DNA of 64,000 bases. It comes from Pseudomonadota bacterium (GTDB lineage Bacteria; Pseudomonadota; Gammaproteobacteria; Acidiferrobacterales; Acidiferrobacteraceae). The notes below the pieces were generated by a model. That model saw only the letters and a list, made by a program, of their open reading frames with translations, made no database searches and was not told the origin of the DNA. Location: NCBI GenBank assembly GCA_021785035.1, contig JAJYGP010000063.1, forward strand, positions 17,254 through 81,253, given 5' to 3'. Made by a program: the position numbers and the translations under genes. Positions 55,873 through 64,000 of this stretch are shown piece after piece (position 1 is the stretch's first letter; each line of letters opens with the position of its first letter).

Positions 55873-56145
55873 GGGCGCCTCTCTGTTGGTGGGCCATAGG
55901 GTATTGTAACAAGAGCAAGGTTGTCGACCACAACGGTAAGGAAGACGCGCTTTGCTTGGCCGCTCTTCGTTCAGTACAATACACAAGGGGCAGGAAGCGG
56001 TGCCGCGACAAATTAAAAATCTCTTTCGCGAAAAGTCGGACCGCGCTCGAAGAACGAGCTGTGACGTCATGTTTGTACGGCACGGCGGACTATTCGTGCG
56101 CCTGCAGCTCTAGGGGATTTTCTAGGGCGTCACCAGGGCTCGTTC

Positions 56146-59100
56146 TTGATGGTATCGGAGGATACATTGAGGAGAACTTTTGTGGCGACCGCAGTCAAGG
56201 AACTTAAGGGCCGAGTGCCAGCGCAACGCGCCACCCGGCATCGGCATGAGTCCAAATCCCAGGCAAGAACCTCCGATATGGAGCGGCTCCTCGCCGGCCT
56301 TCAGCGTCTGCACGAGGGCGATTTCAGTGCCCGACTCCGCTTGCGGGAGCCCGGCCTTTCTCAGCAAATTGCCGATATTTTTAACAGGCTTGCGCGCCGG
56401 AATCAGCAGTTGACGTACGAGTTCGTGCGGGTTGCGGATTTGGTGGGTCGGCAGGGCCGAATTGCCGAACGGGCATCCCTTGGGGGTATGCGGGGTTCGT
56501 GGGGCACCATGATGGATGCCCAGAATAGGGCTATCGATGATCTCGTCCAGACGATCATCGAGATTTCCCGGGTCATCCGCGCCGTGGCGAGCGGTGACTT
56601 GTCTCAGGTTGTGCCGGATGATGTGGCGGGACGACCGGTAAAGGGCGATCTCGTGCGGGCGGGACGCACGGTCAACACCATGGTCGACCAATTGCGGTCG
56701 TTCGCGGCTGAGGTGACGCGGGTTGCGAAAGAGGTCGGTATCGAGGGTAAGTTGGGCGGTCAGGCGCGAGTGAAGGGGGTCTCCGGCACCTGGAAGGACC
56801 TGACTGAAAACGTGAACCAATTGGCCGGCAACCTGACCTCGCAGGTGCGTAACATCGCCCTTGTGACGACCGCGGTCGCGAACGGCGATTTGTCGCAAAA
56901 GATCACGGTCGACGCCCGTGGCGAAATTCTTGAGTTGAAAAACACGATTAACACCATGGTCGACCAATTGCGGTCGTTCGCGGCTGAGGTGACGCGGGTC
57001 GCGAAAGAGGTGGGTATCGACGGCAAGCTGGGTGGCCAGGCCCGGGTACCCGGGGTCTCCGGTACTTGGAAGGACTTGACCGACAATGTGAACGGCTTGG
57101 CCGGCAACCTGACCTCGCAGGTGCGTAATATCGCCGAGGTCTCGACGGCAGTGGCGAACGGCGATTTGTCGCAAAAGATCACGGTCGACGCCCGTGGCGA
57201 AATTCTTGAGCTGAAAGACACCATCAACACCATGGTCGACCAATTGCGGTCGTTCGCGGCTGAGGTGACGCGGGTCGCGAAAGAGGTCGGTATCGAGGGT
57301 AAGTTGGGCGGTCAGGCCAAGGTGCCTGGGGTGGCTGGCACCTGGAAGGATCTGACCGAAAACGTGAACCAATTGGCTGGAAATCTGACGGCCCAGGTGC
57401 GCGCTATCGCTGAGGTATCGACGGCGGTGACAAAAGGCGATCTGACGCGCTCCATTACGGTTGAGGCAGAGGGGGAGGTGTTGGCACTTAAGGACAACAT
57501 CAACCAGATGATCAAGAACCTGAAGGAGACTACCGAGAAAAACATGGAGCAAGACTGGCTAAAGACCAATCTTGCTCGATTCTCGGCCATGATGCAGGGC
57601 CAAAAGAATCTGTCCGCGGTCTCGCGCCTCATCATGAGTGAGCTGACGCCGCTTGTGTCGGCTCAGCACGGCGCGTTCTATACCGTGAACATAGAGGATA
57701 ATAGGCTGGATCTCATCGCCTCTTACGCCTACAACAAAAGCCTGATGGTGCCGACGACCTTCGAGTTCGGCGAAGGTGTCGTCGGCCAATGCGCGCTGGA
57801 GAAAAAGCCCATCATATTGACCGCCGTTCCCGACGACTACATCCGGATTACCTCGGGCCTTGGGTACGCGGCGCCGGCCAATATTCTGGTGTTGCCAGTC
57901 CTTTTCGAAGGGGATGTCCTCGCGGTGATCGAGCTGGCTTCGTTTCAGTCGTTTAACTCGATCCACCGGGTATTTCTCGATCAGCTGATGGTGAGTGTTG
58001 GCGTGGTCCTTAATATTATCGGCGCCTCGATGCGTACAGAAGAACTCCTTCAGGAGCTTCAAAACTCGAACAGTGAGCTAGAGGCGCAGGCCAAGGAACT
58101 CGAAGAAAAGGCAACGCTTCTCGAGATCAAGAACCAGGAAGTCGAGATGGCAAGCCTGTCGCTTGAGGAGAAGGCCGAGCAGTTGGCCATGATCTCGAAG
58201 TACAAGTCCGAATTTTTAGCCAATATGTCCCATGAATTACGGACGCCGCTCAATAGTTTGCTCATCATGGCGAAACTCTTGGCAGAAAATCGCGACATGA
58301 ATTTAAATTCCAAACAGATTCAGTTTGCCAACACCATACATGCGTCCGGCCGCGACTTGCTCAACCTCATCAATGAGATACTTGATCTCTCGAAGGTTGA
58401 AGCGGGTAAGATGGGTATCGTGGCAAGCGACACTAAGGTGTCCGAGCTTGTGGACTATGTGGTGCGAGATTTCCGGGCGATTTCGCAGCAAAAGGATATC
58501 GAGTTCTCCATCGACCTTGCAGACGATGTGCCCCCCGCGATTTATACCGATGGCCAGCGGCTGCAGCAAGTCCTTAAGAACCTTTTATCCAACGCGTTTA
58601 AGTTCACCGATAGCGGCGCCATTACCCTCAGGGCTCGGCGCTACACCGGCACGCGCTCAGTGTTTCAGACCGAGTCGCTGCGCGAGGCTACGACTATCGT
58701 CGCTTTTACGGTCCGCGATACCGGCATCGGAATAGCGGACAATAAACAGAAATTGATATTCGAGGCCTTTCAACAGGTTGACGCCACAACGAGCCGTAAA
58801 TACGGCGGCACCGGGCTTGGACTTACGATCAGTCGCGAAATATCGCGGCTTTTAGGCGGCGAGATCCAACTTCAGAGCACGGTTGGCGAGGGGAGTGAGT
58901 TCACGCTCTATATGCCACAGACGTACGTTGGAGTCGATGTGGATATCGGACCCGTGGAGGCGGAGGTGGGCCCCTTTGGGGACGCCATCGAGGGAGAGGC
59001 GGAGGACGGCGGCGAGCAGGTTATCGCCTTTTCAGGGGAAAAGATTCTTGTCGTAGACGACGATGTCCGCAACATTTTTGCGATATCCAGCGTCCTTGAG

Positions 59101-59424
59101 AACCACAAGCTCAACGTGCTGTTCGCGGAAAGCGGAGTGGACGCCATCGAGATATTAGAGGCAAATGACGACATCGATGCGGTACTTATGGACATCATGA
59201 TGCCAAACATGGATGGCTACGAAACGACACAGGTGATCCGCAAGCTCGAAAGATACAAGCAATTGCCTATTATCGCACTTACCGCAAAGGCCATGAAGGG
59301 GGACCGAGAGAAGTCGTTGGAGGCGGGTTTGTCCGACTACATCACAAAGCCTGTGGACACCGTCGCCCTTTTAAAGATGATCAAAAGGTGGCTCATGAGT
59401 GGCGCGGGATCGATTGTGTCCTAG
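56146..59424 (+). CDS. Soluble hybrid sensor histidine kinase: poly-HAMP array, GAF, HisKA, HATPase_c, REC
   Basis: 1092 aa with no TM segment. Four ~92-aa HAMP-pair units; GAF-like region; H-box [15 protein letters not shown]; G-boxes DTGIGI and [10 protein letters not shown]; receiver ...[11 protein letters not shown]...LTAKAM. Exact start uncertain (TTG 56146, ATG 56149, or GTG 56182 behind GAGGAGA). Confidence 0.88.
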   Translation: MMVSEDTLRRTFVATAVKELKGRVPAQRATRHRHESKSQARTSDMERLLAGLQRLHEGDFSARLRLREPGLSQQIADIFNRLARRNQQLTYEFVRVADLVGRQGRIAERASLGGMRGSWGTMMDAQNRAIDDLVQTIIEISRVIRAVASGDLSQVVPDDVAGRPVKGDLVRAGRTVNTMVDQLRSFAAEVTRVAKEVGIEGKLGGQARVKGVSGTWKDLTENVNQLAGNLTSQVRNIALVTTAVANGDLSQKITVDARGEILELKNTINTMVDQLRSFAAEVTRVAKEVGIDGKLGGQARVPGVSGTWKDLTDNVNGLAGNLTSQVRNIAEVSTAVANGDLSQKITVDARGEILELKDTINTMVDQLRSFAAEVTRVAKEVGIEGKLGGQAKVPGVAGTWKDLTENVNQLAGNLTAQVRAIAEVSTAVTKGDLTRSITVEAEGEVLALKDNINQMIKNLKETTEKNMEQDWLKTNLARFSAMMQGQKNLSAVSRLIMSELTPLVSAQHGAFYTVNIEDNRLDLIASYAYNKSLMVPTTFEFGEGVVGQCALEKKPIILTAVPDDYIRITSGLGYAAPANILVLPVLFEGDVLAVIELASFQSFNSIHRVFLDQLMVSVGVVLNIIGASMRTEELLQELQNSNSELEAQAKELEEKATLLEIKNQEVEMASLSLEEKAEQLAMISKYKSEFLANMSHELRTPLNSLLIMAKLLAENRDMNLNSKQIQFANTIHASGRDLLNLINEILDLSKVEAGKMGIVASDTKVSELVDYVVRDFRAISQQKDIEFSIDLADDVPPAIYTDGQRLQQVLKNLLSNAFKFTDSGAITLRARRYTGTRSVFQTESLREATTIVAFTVRDTGIGIADNKQKLIFEAFQQVDATTSRKYGGTGLGLTISREISRLLGGEIQLQSTVGEGSEFTLYMPQTYVGVDVDIGPVEAEVGPFGDAIEGEAEDGGEQVIAFSGEKILVVDDDVRNIFAISSVLENHKLNVLFAESGVDAIEILEANDDIDAVLMDIMMPNMDGYETTQVIRKLERYKQLPIIALTAKAMKGDREKSLEAGLSDYITKPVDTVALLKMIKRWLMSGAGSIVS
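56674..57501 (+). repeat. Three tandem 276-bp intragenic repeats (HAMP-pair units) with long identical tracts
   Basis: AACACCATGGTCGACCAATTGCGGTCGTTCGCGGCTGAGGTGACGCGGG recurs identically at 56674, 56950 and 57226, an exact 276-nt period. Other identical tracts are shared pairwise (units 1+3 or 1+2). Confidence 0.95.
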
Positions 59425-59433
59425 GAGACAGGA

Positions 59434-61782
59434 ATGGATGAGGAGGAGAAAGTCAGGATCCTCGTGGTCGACGACCGACAGGAGAATCTTCTTGCGCTTT
59501 GTGAGATTCTCGACAATCCCGGCTATGAGGTGGTGAAGGCGCAATCCGGAGAAGAGGCACTAAAGGAGGTTCTGCGCGGCGAGTTTGCCGTTATCTTATT
59601 GGACGTCCAGATGCCGGGATTGGACGGATTCGAGACCGCTGGGCTTATCCGAAAGCGGCGCAAGTCACGGTCGATACCGATTATTTTTATCACCGCCATC
59701 AATAAAGAGGAGCAGTACGTCTACAAAGGGTACACACTCGGCGCCGTTGACTACCTCTTTAAGCCGTTTGATGTGGATATCCTGCGCTCCAAAGTCATCG
59801 TTTTTGTCGATCTTTTTCAGAAAACGCGCCAGATTAAGGCGCAAGCCCGGCTTTTACAGGAAAGCGAGCGTCGGGAACGGGCTCGCCAGGTGGCCGAGGT
59901 CCAGCGTCGCGGCGAGCGGCGCTACCGGAATCTGGCTGATTTGGTTCCGCAGCTGGTGTGGACTGCAAGCAGCGATTTGCGTCTGGAGTACGCAAATCAG
60001 CGGGCGCTTACGTATTTTGGCATAGACATATCCCGAGCCGCCGAGCTGCAGTTGGAAGAGGTCGTCCACCCAGACGACCTCAAGGACAATACCGCGGAGT
60101 GGCGGGCCCTGTTGCGTGCGGGCGATGAACTTGTAGTCGAGATCCGTCTTAGGCGGGCGCGAGATCAGTCTTACCGCTGGCATTTGATTCACATACAGGC
60201 CGAACAGGATATTCGTGGCCGCGTCCGGTCGTGGCTCGGGACGGCCACCGACATCGATGACCAAAGGCGCACCGTTGAGGCCCTCGCGGCCGAAAAAGAA
60301 CAACTCGCGGTTACGCTGCGGTCGATCTGTGATGGGGTCATCACCACCAATATCGCGGGATCCATAGTGCTTATCAATAGGGTCGCCGAGAAGCTTACGG
60401 GCTGGTCGCAGAATGAGGCCCTGGGGCGCCCGCTCGAAGAGGTGTTCGTGGTCCGCGAAGGTTTTTTCCCGGCGACCGATGCTGGGGACCAGGGTCTAGG
60501 ACTCTCAGCACCGTTGCGCCGGGCCGTGCTCGTCGCCCGCGACGGGACCGAGTGTGACATTGCCGACGGCATCACGCCTATTCGTGATGGTGACGGCCAG
60601 GTGCAGGGAACGGTGGTGGTGTTCCGTGACGTTACCGATATCCAGCGGCTCGAAGAGGAACGGCAGAAGGCGAGTAAGCTCGAATCCGTGGGGCTCTTGG
60701 CGGGCGCTATCGCCCATGATTTCAATAATATCTTGACCGCCATCATGGGGAATATTTCGCTAGCCAAGCTCCATACTGGGGTGGGTGAACAGATATTCGA
60801 TCGCCTAGAGGAGGCCGAGCGAGCGGCTTTGTGGGCCAAAGACCTGACGCAGCAATTGCTGACCTTCTCCAAAGGGGGCGCGCCGGTCAAGAGGCCGATG
60901 GAAATTGGTTCGGTGGTGCGTGACTCGGCGGAATTCGCCTGTCGCGGATCGCCCGTCCTCTGTGAGGTCACCGTCCTCGGGCCGGTCATCGTCGAGGCGG
61001 ACGAGGGTCAGATCCGCCAGGTGATTCATAATCTCGCTTTGAATGCTCAACAGGCCATGCCGACCGGGGGGCGGATTCGGGTTACGGTCCAGGAAGTGAC
61101 CGGAGCCATGGTCGGCGGGCGATCCCTGCCGGCGGGGCGGTACGCGGAAATCGTCTGCGCCGACGAAGGGGTTGGCATAAGTGAAGCGAACATAGACAAG
61201 ATCTTCGATCCCTATTTTACGACCAAGCAAAAAGGGAGTGGCCTGGGTCTCGCCACCAGCTATTCCATCGTGCGTAAGCACCAGGGCTTCATTACCGTCG
61301 AATCAAAGCTCGGGCAAGGGACGCAGTTTCGGATCTATCTCCCGCTTTCCGAGAAGGCTATGGAGCCTGTCGGTGTGTTAAAGGCGGCTACGAAAGGAGG
61401 CCACGGCCGCCGGATACTCATCATGGACGATGAAAGTTTTATCCGCGATGTCTTGGGGCGGCTCTTTACCCACTTTGGCTACGAGGTCGGGTACGCGAGG
61501 GACGGCGCGGAAGCGCTCGCCGCGTACCGGTCTGCGGCCGAAGAGGATCGTCCTTACCATCTGGTGGTCATGGATCTGGTTATTCCCGGCGGCATGGGCG
61601 GGCGGGAAACTATCAAGAAGCTCCTCGATCTCGATCCCGAGGCCAAGGTGATCGTGTCGAGCGGCTACTCGAACGATCCCATCATGGCCAATTACAAGCA
61701 GTACGGGTTTTGTGAAGCGGTCGCAAAACCCTACAAGAACGAAGACCTGAGGACCATCGTGCAACGCGTCCTGGCCAGCTAG
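59434..61782 (+). CDS. REC-PAS-PAS-HisKA-HATPase_c-REC hybrid sensor kinase/response regulator
   Basis: 782 aa. N-terminal receiver (ILVVDDRQENL...LLDVQMPGLDGFE...FKPF); PAS-like regions; H-box AIAHDFNNILTAI; G2 GSGLGLATSYSIV; C-terminal receiver (ILIMDDE...VVMDLVIPGGMGG...AKPY). Confidence 0.88.
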   Translation: MDEEEKVRILVVDDRQENLLALCEILDNPGYEVVKAQSGEEALKEVLRGEFAVILLDVQMPGLDGFETAGLIRKRRKSRSIPIIFITAINKEEQYVYKGYTLGAVDYLFKPFDVDILRSKVIVFVDLFQKTRQIKAQARLLQESERRERARQVAEVQRRGERRYRNLADLVPQLVWTASSDLRLEYANQRALTYFGIDISRAAELQLEEVVHPDDLKDNTAEWRALLRAGDELVVEIRLRRARDQSYRWHLIHIQAEQDIRGRVRSWLGTATDIDDQRRTVEALAAEKEQLAVTLRSICDGVITTNIAGSIVLINRVAEKLTGWSQNEALGRPLEEVFVVREGFFPATDAGDQGLGLSAPLRRAVLVARDGTECDIADGITPIRDGDGQVQGTVVVFRDVTDIQRLEEERQKASKLESVGLLAGAIAHDFNNILTAIMGNISLAKLHTGVGEQIFDRLEEAERAALWAKDLTQQLLTFSKGGAPVKRPMEIGSVVRDSAEFACRGSPVLCEVTVLGPVIVEADEGQIRQVIHNLALNAQQAMPTGGRIRVTVQEVTGAMVGGRSLPAGRYAEIVCADEGVGISEANIDKIFDPYFTTKQKGSGLGLATSYSIVRKHQGFITVESKLGQGTQFRIYLPLSEKAMEPVGVLKAATKGGHGRRILIMDDESFIRDVLGRLFTHFGYEVGYARDGAEALAAYRSAAEEDRPYHLVVMDLVIPGGMGGRETIKKLLDLDPEAKVIVSSGYSNDPIMANYKQYGFCEAVAKPYKNEDLRTIVQRVLAS

Positions 61783-61785
61783 GGC

Positions 61786-62901
61786 TTAGGCCGATTGTGC
61801 GGCCTTCCCAGGGGCTGGGTGCTGGTCGAGATCGACCGAACGGAGTTTCAGCGCGGCCTCTTCGGGGCTTATGGTGTTCACGAAGAGTCCCGATCCGAGC
61901 TCGAAGCCCGAGGGAATCGAGGTTCGAGGGCAAATCTCCAGATGCCAATGGTAGCTCGCCTCGCAACCCCGGCTGTCAGGGCTATGTGGCAGAGAATGTA
62001 GGAAATAATTGTACTGCGCGCCCTCTATTACGGCTTCAAGGCGCGCCATCGTGCGGCGCAGTACCTGGGCCAAGTCGGCAAGGTCGGCTGGCGTGACCCG
62101 CAGAAACTCGGCATCGTGGGTGAGCGGCAAGATATGTACTTCCCACTCGTAGCGGCTGGCAAAGGGTTTGATGGCGATAAACCGTTCGCCCCGTTCTACC
62201 ACGTACTGCCCTACGCTGATACGGCGTTGTATGGCCCCAGAATCCCGGTCATAGATCGTCGCCTCGAAGGTCAGTGCCTCATCGATCAGCGAACAAAATA
62301 TGCAATGGTGATTTTTGGTGTAGTACAGGCGGCTGTGGTCGACTTCGGCCCGGACATTATGAGGAACGACCGGCATACCAATGATTTGGCTATGGGTGTG
62401 CGGAATACTGGCACCGGCGGCCGGACCGAAGTTCTTGAAGACCAAAACGTAGCGAAGTTGCTCGTTGGACTGGTAGAGCTGCTCCATGCGGATGCGATAG
62501 GCGGAAAAAAGTTCCACGAGATGCTCGTTGCTCATCTCGTGAACGGCTATACCGTGCTGGCTATGGTCGATAATGACCTCGTGCCGACCGTAGCCGTCGA
62601 TAGTCTGTTGTAGCCCGAGATTGAGGTTCCGGTAACGATGGTCATCACCCAGCACGGGGTAGAGGTTCTCGACGATCCGAATGTGCCACTGTTCTTGTTC
62701 CGGGTAGGTGGCGATGGCCGGAGGGGTCATATGTTCGTTGCCGTAACAGAACGGGCAGGTCCCGACATGGGGCCGACGGTCCCTTGCCACCGGTTGCTCG
62801 GCCTTCTTGGGCCGCATATTCCTCGCGGTGGCGACCAGGACGGATTCCGTTGGTATAATCGGATTGATGCGGATTTCGCGAACGCTGGGTGTTTCGGTCA
62901 T
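61786..62901 (-). CDS. GalT-family (HIT-superfamily) hexose-1-phosphate nucleotidyltransferase-like protein
   Basis: 371 aa from ATG (rc of 62899-62901) behind GGAGAG. Zinc knuckle CPFCYGNEH; active-site HTHSQI (HxHxQ). The track start 62934 adds 11 unsupported codons. Confidence 0.7.
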   Translation of the reverse strand: MTETPSVREIRINPIIPTESVLVATARNMRPKKAEQPVARDRRPHVGTCPFCYGNEHMTPPAIATYPEQEQWHIRIVENLYPVLGDDHRYRNLNLGLQQTIDGYGRHEVIIDHSQHGIAVHEMSNEHLVELFSAYRIRMEQLYQSNEQLRYVLVFKNFGPAAGASIPHTHSQIIGMPVVPHNVRAEVDHSRLYYTKNHHCIFCSLIDEALTFEATIYDRDSGAIQRRISVGQYVVERGERFIAIKPFASRYEWEVHILPLTHDAEFLRVTPADLADLAQVLRRTMARLEAVIEGAQYNYFLHSLPHSPDSRGCEASYHWHLEICPRTSIPSGFELGSGLFVNTISPEEAALKLRSVDLDQHPAPGKAAQSA

Positions 62902-63056
62902 CAAGGCTCTCCGAGCGGGAGGCGGTGAGAACACCGCCCAAGAAGGCCTTATTTTGCCACAATGGACCCAAGGAGTGCGAGAGGCGGTGGCGACCTGTTT
63001 TCCTTGCTTGTGGGCTAGGGGGCAAGTAGTATCGCGGTTTTATCACGGGGCCGGTT

Positions 63057-63935
63057 ATGTTTCGCGGTAGTCTGGTCGCCATCGTCACCCCCATGCGTCA
63101 GGACGGCGCTATCGATTTTTCTGCCCTCGATAGCCTGCTTGATTTTCATATACGCAACGGCACCCATGGGGTTGTCGCAACAGGCACGACAGGCGAGGCC
63201 TCGACTCTGGATGTCGATGAGCATATCGCGGTCGTCGCGCACATCGTGCGGTATGTCGCGGGGCGGATCCCGGTGATCGCCGGCACGGGAGCCAATGCGA
63301 CGGCCGAGGCCATTGCGCTGACGCAAGCAGCGGCCGCAGCGCGGGCCGATGCCTGTCTTGTTGTCACTCCGTATTACAATAAGCCCACTCAGGAAGGACT
63401 CTTTCAGCACTTTGCGGCGATCGCCGGAGCTGCTGACGTGCCTATTATCCTTTACAACGTGCCGAGCCGCACGGCCTGTGATCTGTTGCCGGAAACGGTG
63501 GCGAGGCTGGCCGAGGTCCCCGGTATTATCGGGATAAAAGATGCGACCGGCGATCTCGAGCGAGCTCGTGCGATGCGCCGCCTTTGCCCTCCTGAGTTTC
63601 TTTTATATGGAGGCGACGATGCGACCGGGGTCGCGCTGGGGCTCCTAGGGGCGGCTGGCGTGATCTCGGTGACCGCCAACGTGGCGCCGAAGACCATGAG
63701 TGCGGTATGGGAGGCCATCTTCGCAGGCGACGCTGAACTCGCGCGCCGACTCGATGAGACATTGGCGGGTCTCCACCGGGCCTTGTTCGTGGAATCCAAT
63801 CCGATCCCGGTGAAGTGGGCGCTGCATGCCATGGGGCTGATCGGGCCCGAGCTGCGGTTGCCTTTAACGCCGCTGTCATTAACCAAAGTAGCGGCCGTAC
63901 AAGCGGCATTGCGCCAGGCGGGGGTAGAGGCATGA
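63057..63935 (+). CDS. dapA: 4-hydroxy-tetrahydrodipicolinate synthase
   Basis: 292 aa. MFRGSLVAIVTPM...GTTGEASTL...; active-site Lys context GIKDATG. Confidence 0.94.
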   Translation: MFRGSLVAIVTPMRQDGAIDFSALDSLLDFHIRNGTHGVVATGTTGEASTLDVDEHIAVVAHIVRYVAGRIPVIAGTGANATAEAIALTQAAAAARADACLVVTPYYNKPTQEGLFQHFAAIAGAADVPIILYNVPSRTACDLLPETVARLAEVPGIIGIKDATGDLERARAMRRLCPPEFLLYGGDDATGVALGLLGAAGVISVTANVAPKTMSAVWEAIFAGDAELARRLDETLAGLHRALFVESNPIPVKWALHAMGLIGPELRLPLTPLSLTKVAAVQAALRQAGVEA

Positions 63936-64000
63936 GATATCGGTATTTAGGGGCCGCAGTACTGGCGGCGAGTCTGACTTTGGGGGGCTGTGCGTCGCCG
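63932..64000 (+). CDS. bamC: Lipoprotein, probably BamC (first 23 codons only)
   Basis: ATGA overlap with dapA. MRYRYLGAAVLAASLTLGGCASP gives a signal peptide plus lipobox LGGC. dapA-bamC(nlpB) adjacency is known from E. coli. Confidence 0.5.
   Translation, partial: MRYRYLGAAVLAASLTLGGCASP

Noticed and set aside
56122-57552. 476-aa ORF on the minus strand opposite the poly-HAMP region
   Set aside because: Antisense shadow of a strongly supported kinase gene. Its own internal repetition simply mirrors the 276-bp repeats. Composition is biased to Arg/Leu/Gly/Asp/His with no motifs and no SD.
62921-62938. Perfect 7-bp hairpin GGCGGTG-agaa-CACCGCC between the galT-like gene and dapA
   Set aside because: No T-tract on either strand. 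It lies upstream of both divergent genes, so it is not a terminator. Too short to assign as an operator without more evidence.

Overview
High-GC proteobacterial chromosome segment, gammaproteobacterial-type synteny, almost fully coding and mostly core. In order: lpoA (partial) / rsmI; a five-gene cytochrome c4-SDR-petABC operon with the same gene content as the described Acidithiobacillus ferrooxidans petI operon; a 1330-aa GGDEF-EAL sensor; a stand-alone ERCC4 nuclease-domain gene; transaldolase; RNase P RNA; a complete dcw cluster (mraZ to ftsZ) with a textbook MraZ operator; lpxC; an M23 peptidase pair; secA; argJ; a MutT/ThiE-like fusion; yqjD/yqjE-like genes; coaE-pilD-pilB with pilC missing; a rubrerythrin / Fe-S oxidoreductase / EncFtn-like ferritin / DUF3501 operon joined by overlapping codons to parE-parC-truA; an arsR-arsI-arsB-arsC cluster ending in an AT-rich patch with a small membrane ORF and a probable integrase remnant; bcp plus PIN-PhoH2; a soluble poly-HAMP hybrid histidine kinase and a REC-PAS-HK-REC partner; a GalT-like gene; dapA and the start of bamC. 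No CRISPR array, tRNA, rRNA or intact mobile element was seen. Most interesting: the encapsulin-type ferritin with no shell gene and no targeting tail inside the rubrerythrin/DUF3501 operon; the mosaic near-identical 276-bp HAMP repeats; the clean absence of pilC; the orphan ERCC4 nuclease; and the foreign-looking patch after arsC. All calls rest on reading the sequence and remembered family motifs. No searches were run.
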